A DNA stretch of 64,000 nucleotides from Callorhinchus milii (GCF_018977255.1 NW_024704743.1:17548001-17612000), one strand, 5' to 3'. Positions 39,087-52,544 are shown, numbered from the stretch's first letter. A program made the numbers and translations. The notes: generated from the letters alone by a model not told the origin.

Positions 39087-39435
39087 GGAGTCCTGTAGCT
39101 CAGTGGTTAGAGCACTCGCCTCGCAAGTGAGAAACCAGGGTTTGATTCCTGGCAGGGCGAAATATTGGGCAAGTTTTCTTACTCCACATGCCTCTGTTTA
39201 CCTAGCAGTAAGTAGGAACCCGGTTGTTAGTCAATTGGTGGATCACTTTTCCTGGGGTAATAATTCCTTCAAAAAAAATAATAAAAAATTGGTCACTTCA
39301 ACCCATGACTGTTTGCGGGACACTGCTGCCGCGTTTCGCCCACAAAATATATAGTCAATTCACTTTACAGTATGTTCTGTGAAGCGCATCTAAACAATCT
39401 GATAAGGCGCTATATCAAATGCAAGGATTATTATT
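39087..39435 (+). mobile_element. SINE, long variant with extra internal segment
   Basis: Contains gcctctgtttacctagcagtaagtaggaacc..., absent from the short variant. Confidence 0.9.
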
Positions 39436-40959
39436 AATATCTCCATGTAGATTGGATTCATGAGCAAGGATTGAGCTACTGGATCTCTGTATGAGCTAAG
39501 TAGAAGGGGCAAAGCCTATTTCCAATGAATTAGCACCCAAGAGATTTCAGGTCCTGCATTACATCAAAATACATTCACAGAGGGCAATTTGGTTAAATAC
39601 TGTTCCCACCATACAGTTCTCCTGCTGGTTCCTGGTGCCTTGTGTTGTAGTTGAATGTACATGTAGATGTGATGTATAGGCACAGATCAGCCAAGATCTA
39701 ATAGAATGATGGAACGGGCTCGAGGGGCTGATGGGCCTACTCCTTCCTGTTCCTATGTTCCTAAGCTCAGTCAGTGGTATTTCAGGTAAAATGCAGGCAC
39801 CGATTTGTGGGTGGATGGGGGAAGCTGAGTTGCTGGGGTCGATTGGTGGATCATTTTCCGGGGATAATAATCCCTTCAAAAATAAATAAATAAATAATTT
39901 TGTCCCTCAATCCACGACTGTTTGTGGGACACGGCTGTGCGCAATTGGCTGGCGTGTTTCATCCACAAAAATATACTGTCAATTCACTTTACAGTATATC
40001 CTGTGAAGCGCTTTGAGACATCTCAATGACGTGATAAAGTGCTATATCAAATGCAAGGATAATTATTATAAAACAGGAGAGTAAGATCTGAGCAGTGATT
40101 GGCTATCGTAGCTGTTATTTATCTGGAAGGGCGACCTCTGGGCGATGTTTGGCCTGTCTGAGCTCTCACTCACCTGGATGTCAGGGTCTGGGGTGGTAAA
40201 CATCGGGAACCAATCACCGGGGCACTCAGGAAATTGCCCAATTTCCTATTTAATGTCACCACACTGATTAAAGACTATATGACTCAATGTTTGTTGCATG
40301 TGAATAGTGTGCAAATAGAAGGAAAATGTTAGCATTGCAAAAGAACCTAACATGATAGAACTGGGGGTAAACTATAAATATTTGGTCTGTCAAATCTGCC
40401 CGTGTAAACGTTGAATGATTAGCCATTTAAATTAAACACGGTTCTGCTCTTCAATGTTATTGCTCAGAATGAAAGTATCCAATATTAATATAGAATAGAC
40501 TGACCAGTACTGACTATGCATACAGTATTCCTAATGCAAATTTCCCTGTGCCGGCTCTTTGAAAGAGCTATCAACTAGTCCCACTCCCCCGCTTTTACCC
40601 CATAAGCCTGTCAATTGTTCCTTTTTAAGTACCTGTCCAATTATGTCCAGAGCAGAAGTATTTTACAGTATCTTTCACAAACTCATCTACGTGTATGTAT
40701 TTATATATTCGATCATTAAAATCCTTGCATTTCATATAGCGCCTTTCACATCAGCAGGATGTTTCAAAGTGCTTCACACAGAATTTACTGTAAAGAATAG
40801 TGACTGCATATTTTGTTGTCAAAACACAGAAGCTAATATGCACGCAGCAAAATTCCACAAAGTCATGAAATGACCAATTTTATCTGGGGGATTTTTATTG
40901 TAACAAAATATATATTTATTTGTTGATATATATTTACGCTTATCTCATACAGTATCAAA

Positions 40960-41640
40960 CCGTTACAGAAGAACTGTTCCAACTACCTGTCGCGCAGACC
41001 ACTCGATGATTGGGCAGGGGTCTGAGATGGTGTTCTTCAGGAATTTCTCTACATAGGATAAGTGTTTTGGCATGCTCCAACTGTGAGAACATTTCAAGGC
41101 AGTTCTGCCAGACCCACCTTTCTCAGCACTGGGTACAGGTAGGAAACCCAGCACATGGTGGCATTTGTTGCTGGAGTAGCTGGGCTCCAACACAGCCTCA
41201 GGCAGCTACACACAAAGATGGCTATGAAGATCAGGGCTTCGCTAGGGACCCCTTTGCCACCCTTGTCTGTGGTCTTGTGCATCGTATCTCTGTGGACACA
41301 ATTCATTTGGTAGAAAATTGCTCTGGTGACTGCAGTGGTGTTGTTCCTGGTCAAAGGCCAGATCTGGGCCACGGACAGTAAAAGTGAGAGCACCTCACAC
41401 TTTATCACCAGGCTTTTCCCGGTGATGCACAGCGAGCATTGGTGCCACATCACCAGTATTTTACTGTATCTAGACGCTCCTCCCAGCTATTTTGGCCCCA
41501 GACTCCCCAATCCAGATGTTGAGGACCTTGATGCATTCTGGTTTCACCGCAAATGGCATGCATCTGCAGTCTTGCCAATTCCCAAAATACATCACTTCAC
41601 TTTTCTGGTGGTTAACCTTGGCGTCCGAGAATTGTAGGCT
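40960..41640 (-). mobile_element. Tx1/L1-clade LINE ORF2 fragment
   Basis: W..CSL.ITGKSLVIK...RDTMHKTTDKGGKGVP resembles the post-RT region of Tx1/L1 ORF2. Confidence 0.75.
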
Positions 41641-42064
41641 TAGCCACCAGGAGAAGCTCTCATTTTTTTAAGAGCACCATTAGGATAGATAGACAGGAAG
41701 TTGGTTTAACATCTCATCTAAAGCACAGTGCTTTCAACAATGCAGCGCACACTTATTGCACTGCAGTGTCATCTTAGACTATGTGAGTTCAAGTTCTAAC
41801 TTGGGGCTTGAACGCACAGCCTTCTGACTCAGAGAGCGAGAACACTACAATGAAGTCAAACCTGAAGTTTGATTTGCATTTCAATAATTGTTTCAAAGTT
41901 AACACACTTGCTCCATCTGGTGGTCATTGTGTAATTTGTATTTGTTTCCTCCATTATGTCAAAAATGTTAGTTTAAAATAATACATCATTGTTTTAATTG
42001 TATACACATATAAGTGGATACCAACATTTTGTATTTACAATGTAGAGTATAGACTCGCACGCTA

Positions 42065-42825
42065 GCCCCTACCGCCTATCTCCAACCTCCCTTGAATGAG
42101 TCGTTGCTTCCCAGTTTTGCTCCTTCCTCTCCGACCACTTCTTATACAAACCCCTCCAATCAGGTTTCCGTGCCGCCCACAGCACAGAAACAGCCCTGGT
42201 CAAAGTGATAAATGACATTCTGTCCATCTGTGACCAGGGCTCCCTTTGCCTTCTCGTCCTCCTTGACCTCTCTGCTGCTTTTGATACAGTTGACCACTCT
42301 ATCCTCCTCCACTGCTTCTCCTCCCATCTCAGCCTTCATGGTTCTGTCCTTGAATGGCTCAGATCCTGCCTCTCACACAGTGTCCTCCCTTCCTATTTTC
42401 AGGTCTCTGCTGAAGACCTTTCTTTTCGACCGCACCTTTGGTCGCCTTCCTCCCCCTCCTTCAAGACACGTCTCAAGACCATTCTCTTTGTCTATGCCTT
42501 TGGCTACCTTCCTACCCTCTCTGTCCTCCACTTTCCCTTACCCTTAAATCTATCTAGATAGATTTCTTATTGGAAAAGGGATGAAGAGATATGGAGATAA
42601 GGTGGGGTTAGGTTATTAGCTGAAGTTAGATTAGAAGATCAGCCATGATTGAATGACGGGGCAGGCTCGAAGGACCGAATGGCCTACTCCTGCTCCTAAA
42701 TGTTGTTATGTTACCCCAAACACCCCCCCCCCCCACCCCGCTCGGGTCCAAATCCCTGACTGTCCAGCACCTTGGAACGTCCTCCCGATATGAAAGACGC
42801 TATACAAATGTAATTTTGTATTGTA
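42065..42825 (+). mobile_element. Internally deleted L2 fragments with an intercalated CR1 tail (about 42550-42712)
   Basis: [16 protein letters not shown]; hairpin tail near 42765-42820; the middle matches 50545-50700. Confidence 0.8.
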
Positions 42826-43189
42826 TAGATATTCACAAACATGAGAACAGGAAGTGGGGCTTTATTCAGGACACATTTCACCAAGCCTGCTCATTGACTC
42901 AGAAATCTAAGTACATTTTGTGGAGTCCTGTAGCTCAGCAGTTAGAGCACTTGCCTTGCAAGCAAGAGTCCTGGGTTCGATTCCTGGCTGGGCAAAACAC
43001 TGCACAAGTTTCCTTACTCCGCAAGCCTCTGTTTACCTAGCAATAAGTAGGAACCCAGATGTTATAATAATAAAATAATAATCCTTGCATTTGATATAGC
43101 GCTTTTCACGTCTCAAAGCGCTTCATAGAATATACTGTAAAGTGAATTGACTGTAGTCGTTTGGTGGATCGCTTTTCCGGGGGTGATAA

Positions 43190-43540
43190 GGTTTTGATAG
43201 GGTAGACATAGGGAAGATGATTCCACTTGTGGGGGAGAACAAAACCAGGGGCCATCAGTATAAAATAGTCACAAATAGATCAAATAGGGAAGTTAGAAGA
43301 AATTTCTTCACACAGAGTAGTGGGAATGTGGAACATGCCACCACAAGGAGTTGTTGAGGCAAATAGCATATATGTATTCAAGGGAAAGCAAGAGAGGTAC
43401 ATGAGGGAGAAAGGAATAGAAGGTTATGCTTGAAGGCTTAGTTGAGGAAGCGCAGGAGGAGACTCATGTGGAGCATAAACACCAGCATAGACCAGTTGGG
43501 CTGAATGGCCTGTTTCTGTGCTGTATATTCTAATGTATTC
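43190..43540 (+). mobile_element. CR1 3' fragment nested in a long-variant SINE (head at 42922, tail to about 43757)
   Basis: Similar to 50340-50580; SINE sequence resumes afterwards. Confidence 0.75.
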
Positions 43541-45159
43541 TAATAATTTCTTCAAAAAAAAGCATAATAATACATTGGTTACTCAATCCACGACTGTTTG
43601 TGGGACACTGCTGTGCGCTATTGGTTGCCGCAATTTGCCTACAAAATATACAGTCACTACACTTTTCAGTATATTCTGTAAAGCACTTTTGCGATGTCTC
43701 GACGCTGTGATAAGACGCCCTAAAAAAATGCAAGGATTATTATTATTATTATTATTTTACATTCCATATTCAGGATTAATTTTCCCAACAAATTAAAAAG
43801 AAACACTGTATTCTTCAGAGCAGTTCTGAAATTAAGTCCTGGCATTGATTGTCCAAAGTAAACATGTCCTTAAATTGGATTCTCAGTTCCAGATGGGATG
43901 TGGAAGAACTTATACAGCTATAATCTCACGGCATGTCTGAGGGACCAAGAACGTGGAGTTATTTGGATTTGGAATCTATCAATACATTCATGGACAATAT
44001 CTAATTGTTTTTGTCCAGGTTAAAGCATCCATTCATACATCCAGTGCTTGGAATCCACCTTTATTGCTTTGTAGAGGAAAGCAGTTGCTGTTCAAGCCCA
44101 GCACCTCCAACTTGTGAAACCTTAATTAATTGGAACAGGATGTATGTCTGAGCTGTGGGCAGAAAGATGGTGGCAATGCACTCATGTATTTCATGCTGAG
44201 CTGTGTTGCCCACTAGAAAGCTCACAGGGAGTTCCCAGTACCTGCCATCCACTTAGTGAGGGCTCAAACCCGCGTTTGTCAAACGTCAAATGGCCAACTG
44301 GTGACTATCCTCCGGGGGGAAGGAGAGGTAAGCAGAGTTTTTTTTAACTAAACTGAGTCCTAGCTAACATGTTTTGTAGTGGAATTTCAGAATTGAGCCA
44401 ACCCTCTGTGGTGGTCTCGGTAGCCCAGTTCTTAGGTCAAGCAGGTCCGTGATAGTCCAGGGCTTTGCTGATGGCAGCACAGCCAGACTGGCTCATTGGT
44501 AGGACTTGGAAAGGCAAACAAGTCACTGGGAGCAGGGATTCTTCACACTCAGCTTTTGTTAACCCTGCAAGCCCAAACCACAAAGGGTAGAGTGGTCCTA
44601 GCTAGATAAGCAGCAGGAAAGCTTGCCAGACAACATTATCAATGGCAAGCTATTCAACTGTAACTGGTTAGACTCCAGCAGTACCCCAACGCACACTTTT
44701 GGGTCCCGAAGCCTTGGCTCTTGCCAACCTGCGTATAATACTCTCCGATATTAGGTAGCAGGATATGTCATTCCAGGAGAGAGTGCACATTCCATTCCAA
44801 TATATATTTCAGGAATTTCCATGCAAAGGTAGGATGCATGGAACTCCAGCTTGGTTTGAATACTCTTAATTATGGTGATGGATTTTCACATGTGTCAGAC
44901 ACTCGGCTGCCCAAAAGAAACCAAAGTACCGTATTTTCCAACAGACTAAGTAAGCCTGCTTTCATCTGTACTTTCGTGCTTTCGTGATTCACTGTAATGC
45001 AATGGTGCCATGGCTCAGAAAATCTCAAATTATTTTCAATTTGTGCACTTTTTCACCAAAACTCTCTTTGGCATAAATGTTGGCTCCTCAAACCTCTGGG
45101 GATAAATATCACCTTTGTGTAGATTTACCCTATTTATATAGCATTTTATAATAATATAA

Positions 45160-45462
45160 TAATAATCCTTGCATTTTTCACTTAGCACTTTTCACATCTT
45201 CGAGACGTCTCAGAGCACTTCACAGAATATACTGTAAGTGAATTAACAGTATATTCGTGGGCAAAAGGCGGTAGCCAATTGTGCACAGCAGTGTTCCACA
45301 AACAGTCGTTGGTTGAAGTGACCACTTTATTATTGTTTTTTTTCCTTAAGGGATTATTATGAGCTGTGTGCAGTAAGGAAACTTGCCCAAGGTTTCAACC
45401 TGCCGGGAATTGAACCTCTCGCTTACGAGGCAAGTGCTCTAACTACTTAGGTACAGGACTCC
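45160..45462 (-). mobile_element. SINE
   Basis: Reverse complement of the 5517 family. Confidence 0.88.
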
Positions 45463-46149
45463 ACTGGGATAATTTTAGATCATTCAGAACTTGGCAAATT
45501 CTTAAACACAGCCTGAATTTTGAGGCTAGGTTTTTGTAAATTCTTTTAAGACTGCTACAGATTTCAGAAAAAATAAGTAGGTGCACAGGACAGTGACTGG
45601 TAGTAACAGAAATCCAGTAGTCTGCAGATAAAGGTACCAAATATTGTACCTTTAGAGTATTGCCAGTTCCGAACTCTCGTGCATCTCTAATGCATTGGTT
45701 TCTGGGAAAGCTTTGATCACCCACAGAACACACTGACTTCCAAAGAAGGGCCATCTGGTACTTGTAGTGATCTATCAGATGAAGTTGTTAATGCTGGCAC
45801 TTTGCCTTCTGAAATCCAGGCTAAATATTGGATTATATGCTAATTTTCCCTCAGGGTTATACATTCCCATAGGAGATCACAGGAAAGAGTACAAGCAGAA
45901 GCACACAATAAGTACCCTTGCGGAAAATGTATGGATAAATCAGTTAACACAATTTTTGTACTTGTCTCAAATAAATACCTTGACTTTGACAATATAGAAA
46001 CTGTTAATTTATCATTTTATCCCACCGAATCTCAGATTCATGGTAACAATTTAAAGAAAAAAGTGTATGTGAGGTGGACCATGAAAATGATTTGCGTGTT
46101 CATGAGATAGTTCATCGACTAGGATTTGGAGCTTGAATCTATCAGAAAC

Positions 46150-46280
46150 ATCCGATGACGGAAGGTAATCGACCTGAAATGTGAACTCACTTTCCTCTCT
46201 CCATAGATGCTCCTTGAGTGTTCCCAGCGACTTCTGATTTTATTTCAGATTTCCAGCAACTGTAGTATTTTGCCTTTTAT
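46150..46280 (+). mobile_element. Penelope-like pseudo-LTR fragment with degenerate hammerhead core
   Basis: Homologous to 49570-49705 and 59607-59730. Confidence 0.55.
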
Positions 46281-46368
46281 TAACCCCCAAATAAAATTGG
46301 TCACTTGTTTCAAATCTATGTGCAGGCCATTTCTGTGTGCAAATGGGCTGCCACATTTGCCTGCAATT

Positions 46369-48390
46369 CAACAACAACAACAACAACAAGATTCCATTCC
46401 ATCCCAGCACCTCCCTCCACAAGCTGCAGGTCATTCAGAACTCTGCAGCTCGTGTACTGTCCCGCACCAGGCTTCGGGACCACATCACTCCCACCCTCGC
46501 TCGCCTCCACTGGCTCCCCATCCCCCAGAGGATCGAACTCAAGATCCTCACCCTCACCTACAAGACTATTCACGGCCTTGCTCCCTCCTACCTCTCCGAC
46601 CTACTATCCCCCTACCTACCTGCCCGTACCCTCCGTTCCTCTGGCTCCGGTCTGCTCCACGTCCCCCGCCCCAACCGCCCTACCATCGGTGGCCGGGCCT
46701 TCAGCCTCTCAGCCCCTAGGCTCTGGAACTCTATCCCCCAGTGCCTTTGCCGCCTCCTCCCTTTCCTCCTTCAAGGCCGGTCTCAAGACCTTTCTCTTTG
46801 ACCGAGCCTTCAGCTCCCCTCTCCACTCTCTACCCCCTCCTCGCTCCCTCCCTTCCCTCCCCTCACCCTGACCATTTCCCCCCTCCTCGCTCCCTCCCTT
46901 CCCTCCCCTCACCCTGACCATTTCCCCCCTGCTCGGGTCCTGACCCAACTGTACAGTGCCTTGGGATGTCCTCCTGACGTGAAAGGCGCTCAATAAATGG
47001 AATCTTGTTGTTGTTGTTGATGTTCCGGAGGTGATGGAAGGCGGTGCCAGTTGTGGTGCGGATATGAGGGAGAAAGGACAGCTCAGGGTCGAAGAGAACA
47101 CCAAGGTTCCTGACCGGCTTTGAGAGGTGGAGAGTGCAGCCTTGGATGCTGATGCTGTCAGCGCCTGAGGTGCGGAGGTGCTGACGTGAGCCAATCAGGA
47201 GGGCCTCAGTTTTACGCACGTTGAGCTGAAGAAAGTTGACTCTCGTCCAGGACTCGATGTCGGACAGGCAGCTGTCAGGACATCGGTGGTCGTGGAGTTG
47301 AGGGTAGAGGAGGAAAGGTAGAGTTGGGTGTCATCCGCATACATGTGGAAGTTAACTCCATGTCTGCGGATGATGTCACCACAGGGGGAGCATATAGAGG
47401 GTGAAGAGGAGGGGACCGAGGACAGAGCCCTGAGGGACACCGCACGAGACAGTGCGGGGGGTGGAGGAAAAGCCGTTCGTGGAAATAAAGTGAAGACGGT
47501 GGGAAAGGTACGACCTAAACCACTCAAGGACAGGGCCTTGAAGGTTTAGGTGGGAGGACAAGCGGTGGAGGAGGATAGCGTGGTCGACCGTATCGAATGC
47601 TGCCGATAGGTCGAGGAGGACGAGGAGGCAGAGGGAGCCCTGGTCACAGATGGTCAGGATGTCATTGGTGACCTTGACCAGGGCAGTTTCTGTGCTATGG
47701 GCAGCACGGAAACCCGACTGAAGGGGTTCGAATAATGAATGGGTGGAGAGGAAAGAGCGCAGCTGGGAGGCGACAACTCGTTCCAGGACCTTGGACAGGA
47801 AGGGGAGGTTGGAGATGGGCCGGTAGCTTGATAGCTGCGACACATCAAGGGAGGGTTTTTTCAAGGTGGGAGTGATGGTGGCAGTTTTTAAGGGAATGGG
47901 AACAGAGCCAGAGGAGAGGGACAGGTTGACGATGTCTGTGATATGTGGGGCAAGAAGGTGGAGCTGGGAGATAAGGAGTGGAATGGGGATGGGGTCAAGG
48001 GAGCAGGTGGTGGGTTTCAGGGATAGAATGAGTTTGGTGACAGAGGGCGAGGAAACGGGTACAAAAGTGTGTAGGGGAGGATGGGTAGGAGTCGGAATGT
48101 GGGAGGGAGGTGGTGGGTGGAGATTGGAGGGGAAGTGACCGCGGAGCGGATTCCCTTGATTTTGGATTCAAGGAAATCCAGCATCTCCTCACAGTGAAGG
48201 TTGGAGGAGATGACCTGCGCGGGGTGGCGGTGGGGGGGACGGAGGAGTCGGGATGTGGTAGAAAACAGAAGCCTGGGGTTGTTCTTCGCCTCCAGGATTA
48301 TCCTGGAGTAGAAGGACGACTTGGCCGAAGCTAGAGTGGAGCGGTAGATTTTGAGGAGGTCCAGCCAGATTTGTCGGTTGACCGTTATGC
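46369..48390 (-). mobile_element. Relatively young L2 with inverted 3' segment (46399-47019) and duplicated tail
   Basis: Well-preserved RT ([43 protein letters not shown]). Confidence 0.93.
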
Positions 48391-48829
48391 CACAGCTACT
48401 TCACTTCAAAATAAATTTTGTGAAGTGTTTTGAGTCACCTCCCAATGTAAAAACCATCATACCAAATGCAAGGATTATTATTATTACTAATATTATTATC
48501 AGTAGTGGCTGCAGAAAGTAGATCAAATCATCCATAAGTCATACAGGACTCACCTAGCAGTAAATATAAACCTGGTTGTTAGTCGATTGGCAGATCGCTT
48601 TTCCGGGGGTAATAATTCCTTCAAAAAAGTTTTTTTTAAAAATCTGGTCACTCAATCCACGACTGTTTGTGGGACACTGCTGTGCGCAATTGGCTGCCAC
48701 ATTTCGCTAACAAAATACACAGTTAATTCAGTATACAGTATATTTTGTGAAGCGCTTTGAGATGTCTCGAAGACGACGCTATATCAAATGCAAGGATTAT
48801 TATAAACTTCCCTTCAAGGTTTGCACTCG

Positions 48830-49040
48830 CCAAACCGTCTCCAAGATGGCAGGTGGCCAAACAATGAAAGCATTGGAGATCCTCCCAGGAAATATGCCAT
48901 TGGCTTCCGTTAAGTGCTTTTGATGGTCACATATCAATTGTACATTAAGACAGTGAGAATCCTTTCGATCAAAGTACACCAAGACATTTCTGGAGGAAGC
49001 CCTGAGGGCTGGAGGCATAAAATCAATTACCACCAATACA
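48830..49040 (-). mobile_element. PIF/Harbinger DDE transposase relic
   Basis: VIDFM...YFDRKDSHCLNVQLICDH...FPGRISNAFI resembles Harbinger AIDxTH...NRKGxHSxNVQxxCD...PGSxHD; second Asp lost. Confidence 0.75.
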
Positions 49041-49569
49041 TGAGGGAAATCAATAATAAAAAAATTGCTGTTCCCTCAAATTTTAACCTTCCGATCTATT
49101 CACAAAATGCATGTTGAATCATCACACTCTAAAATACAATAGAAAGCCATTCGACTTATTATATCAGTGTCAGCTCAAAGGAGTTAAAACCTCATGTCAG
49201 GAATTTGAGCCCCCATCTTACGCTGACACTCCAAAGCAATGCTCGGTGATTGCTGCATTGCCTGAGGTGCCACCTTTTGGATGAAAAGTTAACCCAAGGT
49301 TGTCATCTGCCTGTTCCGGAGGGTATTAAAGATCCGGTGCTTATTCAAAAAGAGAAGGGAGCTCTCCCAGTGTCCTGTCCAACATTCCCCAGCTAAAAAA
49401 ATATTGGCCATTTATTTCATGGTTGTTTGAGGGATATTGCTGTGCACACCTAGACTGACATATTTGCCTACCAATACACAGTCAATAGATCTTTCAGAAA
49501 ACTCGGTGAAGTGCTTTGAGATGTTTTGATGTGATTGGACCCTATATCAGATGCAAGGATTATTATCCT

Positions 49570-49705
49570 TCTGATGAAGGGTCGTAGACCCGAAATGTTG
49601 ACTCACTTGCTCTTCTCCATAGATGCTGCCTGATCTGCTGAGTGTTCCCAGCAACTTCTGTTTTTGTTTCAGATTTCCAGCACCTGCAGTATTTTGCGTT
49701 TTGCA
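49570..49705 (+). ncRNA. Minimal type-I hammerhead-like core within a Penelope-type repeat
   Basis: CTGATGA (49571-49577), A, GGGTC-GTA-GACCC stem, GAAA (49592-49595), TGTTGACTC; stem I 5' strand mostly missing. Confidence 0.55.
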
Positions 49706-50074
49706 AGGATTATTATGTTATTTATATAAAAGGACCTAAGCTTTTAAAAGGAGAACTATCAGAGGAGCTACATAGTGCTATATTCTATAAATAAAAAAAG
49801 TACAGTTGTCTGAGGATTTTCTACATAACGTGGTATCAGACACTTGACAACAACAAAAACAATTTGCATTTATATAGTTTCCCAGGGGAGGGGGGAAAGT
49901 GACCGTAGGCACGGTTGAAGAGGAAGCTCTTCAGGCACAACCTGAAGATGAGGAAGGATAGAGCAAGGCTGGAGGAAGAGTGTTGCAGATTTTTAGTTTA
50001 AAAGAGGAAAATATGTTGGAAACAACAATCTGAAAACATGCTGTGACTCGGAGAACAATGACATAAACCACCAG

Positions 50075-50700
50075 CATATTAGAGTATAAGAGTAGGGAAG
50101 TCTTGCTGCAACTGTATAGGGCCCTGGTGAGACTACACCTAGAATACTGTGTGCAGTTTTGGTCTCCTTATTTAAGGAACGATGTTCTTGCCTTGGAGGG
50201 GGTGCAGCGTAGATTTACTAGGTTAGTGCTAGGGATGAAGGGGATGAGTTATGAGGATATGCTGACCAATTTGGGCCTATATTCTCTGGAATCTAGAAGA
50301 ATTAGAGGGGATCTTATAGAAACCTATAAGATCATGAAAGGCCATGATAGAGTAGATAGTGGGAGATTGTTTCCCCTGGTTGGAGAAACTAAAACCAGGG
50401 GTCACAACCTTAAAATCTGAGGCCAGCCCTTTCGCACTGAGTTGAGGAAGAATTTCTTCACTCAAAGGGTGGTGAATGTATGGAACTCACTACCCCAAAG
50501 GGCTGTTGACGCTCAGTCCTTGAACATATTCAAGACTGAGATAGATAGATTTCTTATTGCAAAAGGGATTAAGGGATATGAGGATAAGGCAGGGTTATGT
50601 TATTAGCTGGAGTTAGATTAGAAGATCAGCCATGATTGAATGGCGGGGCAGGCTCGAAGAGCCGAATGGCCTACTCCTGCTCCTACATGTTATGTTATTA
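50075..50700 (+). mobile_element. CR1 LINE 3' end
   Basis: LYRALVRLHLEYCVQFWSPY...LEGVQRRFTR...RGDLIETYKI...KTRGH, typical CR1 ORF2 C-terminus. Confidence 0.93.
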
Positions 50701-50803
50701 GGTCCAGAGACAAATGACAATAAGACAATAATAATCATCCTTGTATACAGAGCCTTTCACAACAGAAGGACTTCTCAAAGCGCTTCACATGATTTTACTA
50801 CAA

Positions 50804-51115
50804 ATAATAATAATCCTTGCATTTGATATAGTGCTTTTCATGTTTTCTAGAAGTCTCAAAGTGCTTCACAGAACATACTATAAAGTGAATTGACTGTATA
50901 TTTGTGGGCGAAATGTGGCAGCCAATTGCACACAGCGGTGTCCCACAAACAGTTGTGGATTGAAGTGACCAATTTTATTATTGTTTTTTTTTCTGGAGGG
51001 ATTATTATCAGGCGTGTGGAATAAGGAAACTTGCTCAAGGTTTCACCCTGCTGGGAATCGAACCCAGGTCTCTTGCTTGCGAGGCAAGTGCTCTAATCAC
51101 TGAGCTACAGGACTC
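50804..51115 (-). mobile_element. SINE
   Basis: Reverse complement of the 5517 family. Confidence 0.9.
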
Positions 51116-51590
51116 TTTGTGTAGGAGAAGGCGAAAGGAGGAAAGAAATGGGAATGTAGAGAGGCAGTAGAACACGGAGATAAAAAGAAACAAAAAGGCA
51201 GAGGATGAGCAGCCAAAGTCAAACTGTAGATACTCTATCATCACACGTGGAATCCATGGTGGAGAAGTAGAGGCTATGCTGGTAATAGATGTTATTGAGT
51301 GTAAACAGAAAGAAGATATCAGAAAAAGCAGGTAATAAATATACAAGAATACAGTAGCACCCTACACATTGAGAAGATGTCTCAATAAGCTTAGGCACTT
51401 GAGCTGGGGTGAGAGCTGAAGGGGGTGGGGAAGGGAGAAATGACTGAAGACGCAGTCAAAGAGGTACGTCTTGAGACAGACCTTGAATGAAGGTACGGAG
51501 GGAGGGAGTTGAAGGGACTCCAGATGGATTTCCAGAGAGTAGGGGCATAATGTCTGAAAGCTTGCCTGCTAATGGTGGGTGGACAGCTGT

Positions 51591-51904
51591 GGAGTCCTGT
51601 AGCTCAGTGGTTAGAGCACTCACTTTGCAAGCGAGAGACCTGAGTTCAATTCCAGGCAGGGCGAAACCTTGGGCAAGTTTCCTTACTCCACACAGAGCCT
51701 AATAATAATCCCTCCAAAAACAATAATAAATTGGTCATTTTCAATCCATGACTGTTTGTGGGACATTGCTGTGCGCAATTGGCTGCCGCGTTCGCCCACA
51801 AATATACAGTCAATTCACTTTACAGTATATTCTGTGAAGCGCTTTGGGACGTCTAGAAGACGTAAAAGCGCTATATCAAATGCAAGGATTATTATTATTA
51901 TTAT
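51591..51904 (+). mobile_element. Full-length SINE
   Basis: Same family; tail loop TAGAA variant. Confidence 0.92.
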
Positions 51905-52544
51905 CTGCAAATGTGGTGTTTCCTCTACTCCTAGATGCAGATCATGATTATATGCTAATCACGCTACACCCAGTACAAACATAAAATGGAAATTATACTT
52001 ATACATTCATTTGGGGTTTTACCTATCTTGCAGCACTCTGTGTTTTCGTAATAAATGTTGAACTACGTAGCTAGATTAGCAACATTGTATCATTATGCTT
52101 GTAATATAAACACCATGCATTAGTATTTATTTTTTTGTTGCGCCAGGTAGCTGACACGTGCGGAAACCCATCACAGTGTGCAAGAGTATCCAAATCAGAC
52201 TGACAGTTCCACAAAGATATATATATAGCACCTAAACATGGAAATTGCCCAGTGACTGGAATGGAATGCATACTCCATCCCTGGAGGGCTAAATTCCTGC
52301 TTACCTAATTTTGGAGAGTATTAAGCATAGGTCGGCAAGAGCCAAGACTTGGGACTTAGTGTTAGGGTACTGCAAAAGTTTAACCGGCTAACATCAAGTT
52401 GCTTGCCATGGAGATTAATGTCTAGCAAGCTTCCTGCTGCTTCTTCAGTAAGGACCATCCTACTCATCAGGGTTTGGGCTTGTAGAGTCAACAGGAGCTG
52501 AGTGGGAAGAATCCCTGCCTCTGGTCTACCCTTCCAAGTCTTAC

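Noticed and set aside
40090..40220. Two CCAAT boxes in opposite orientation
   Set aside because: No CpG island, exon or other support nearby
47020..48390. Possibly active reverse transcriptase gene
   Set aside because: 5'-truncated, frameshifted near 47385 and rearranged
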